Positions 63,314 to 64,000 of a DNA stretch of 64,000 nt are shown here, piece by piece. The stretch lies in NCBI GenBank assembly GCA_963733905.1, contig CAVTEU010000007.1:356556-420555 (forward strand). Direction: 5' to 3'. The position numbers and the translations under genes are program-made. The notes beneath the pieces are model-generated. The model searched no databases. It was not told the DNA's origin and saw only the letters and a list, made by a program, of their open reading frames with translations. Source of the stretch: an uncultured Actinomycetes bacterium (GTDB lineage Bacteria; Actinomycetota; Acidimicrobiia; Spongiisociales; DATADW01). Within the stretch, counting starts at the first letter, position 1; each line of letters begins with the position of its first letter.

Positions 63314-63600
63314 TTTGATGCCCTCCATGCCACCAGACCGGCAATTGCCAGCGCCACCAAGGCGGTGAGCAGCGAAGCCAACGCCACCCAGAGCCTGCCA
63401 TCGTCGAACAGCACGAGAAAGCCCTGATTGGCACCGAGAACCAGAAACAGGGCGCCAAGTGCCAGAAGCATCCCCCCGGCGAGGCTGATGCCGGCGACCT
63501 TCCCGAGCTGCTTGGCCGGCTCGACGGTCTCCTGCATCAGGTATGCCTTCGATATCTCGAAGAGCTCTTGGGTGAGTTGAGGGATCTCTTTGGCCGCCAT
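63310..63600 (-). CDS. Actinobacterial holin-X / YqjE-like two-TM protein
   Basis: AYLMQETVEPAKQLGK plus two TM helices; TAGCCT -10 box 8 nt before ATG. Confidence 0.7.
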   Translation of the reverse strand: MAAKEIPQLTQELFEISKAYLMQETVEPAKQLGKVAGISLAGGMLLALGALFLVLGANQGFLVLFDDGRLWVALASLLTALVALAIAGLVAWRASK

Positions 63601-63645
63601 AGGCGGTCAGGCTAGACACCGCCATCCGAAAAAGGTGCTCTCCGT

Positions 63646-64000
63646 CTACGCCGAAGCGGCGCCGAGCAGCGACGATGCCTCGGCGGAAGAACTCGAGCAG
63701 AGTGCCGTCTGGGTCGGGCAGACCCACCAGGTCGGCGTAGTCGAGGCTCGCCCCGCCGAACGCCTCGTCGTTCCAGAATGGGTCGGGAGCTTGCGGCGAC
63801 CATGGAGCGACGTACACGTATGGCTCGGGGTGCCCCTCGTCCCCAGGCGACCCGCCGAAGGAAGCCCGTCCCTTTTCCTCCGGCCCGATCTCCACGGCGG
63901 CGTCGAAGTGCTCCGGCCAGATCTGCACCCGCGACGGCTCGAGGTCGGCAGCTTCGAACCTGATGGTCTCCAGCACCCGAGTGACCGTCCCGAACCAGGA
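63646..64000 (-). CDS. Hypothetical protein (DUF5996-like), 5' truncated by the window edge
   Basis: QIWPEHFD..GGSPGDEGHPEPYVYVAPW; 3' end approximate because of a probable indel. Confidence 0.6.
   Translation of the reverse strand, partial: PGSGRSLGCWRPSGSKLPTSSRRGCRSGRSTSTPPWRSGRRKRDGLPSAGRLGTRGTPSHTCTSLHGRRKLPTHSGTTRRSAGRASTTPTWWVCPTQTALCSSSSAEASSLLGAASA

Noticed and set aside
63310-63600. Holin as evidence of a prophage
   Set aside because: The family is a common chromosomal membrane protein; no endolysin or structural genes nearby

Overview
High-GC (about 70%) actinobacterial chromosome segment; gene content and order suggest class Acidimicrobiia (inference). It is mostly core genome on the minus strand: trmI, arc-dop-pup-prcB-prcA-pafA-pafB-pafC-tatB-tatC-helY (a complete Pup-proteasome locus), tlyA-ppnK-recN, pyrG-NUDIX-ald-xerD, scpA-scpB-rluB-aroA-cmk, ispH, der, tRNA-Pro(GGG), an oligopeptide ABC operon, and a pgsA-like/gcvH/FHA/MerR/DD-carboxypeptidase/hpt/DUF151 block. 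About 25 genes are split by single-base indels, most likely long-read consensus errors, so many boundaries were rebuilt by hand and are approximate. Best candidate for an undescribed system: an accessory block between recN and pyrG with a 99-aa Asp-rich repeat peptide (7 x DGVDGTD), a JmjC/cupin-4 Fe(II)/2OG hydroxylase and a sucrase-ferredoxin-like Fe-S protein, downstream of a SufS-like desulfurase. This resembles a RiPP-like metallophore system (hypothesis). Other unusual signals: dispersed intergenic heptamer tandem arrays, six 14-bp repeats that copy the scpA start-codon context, two paralogous orphan membrane proteins each ending at a heptamer array, a DUF4331-TPR module, and a non-canonical PrcB autolysis site. 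No CRISPR array, rRNA, transposase or prophage was seen.
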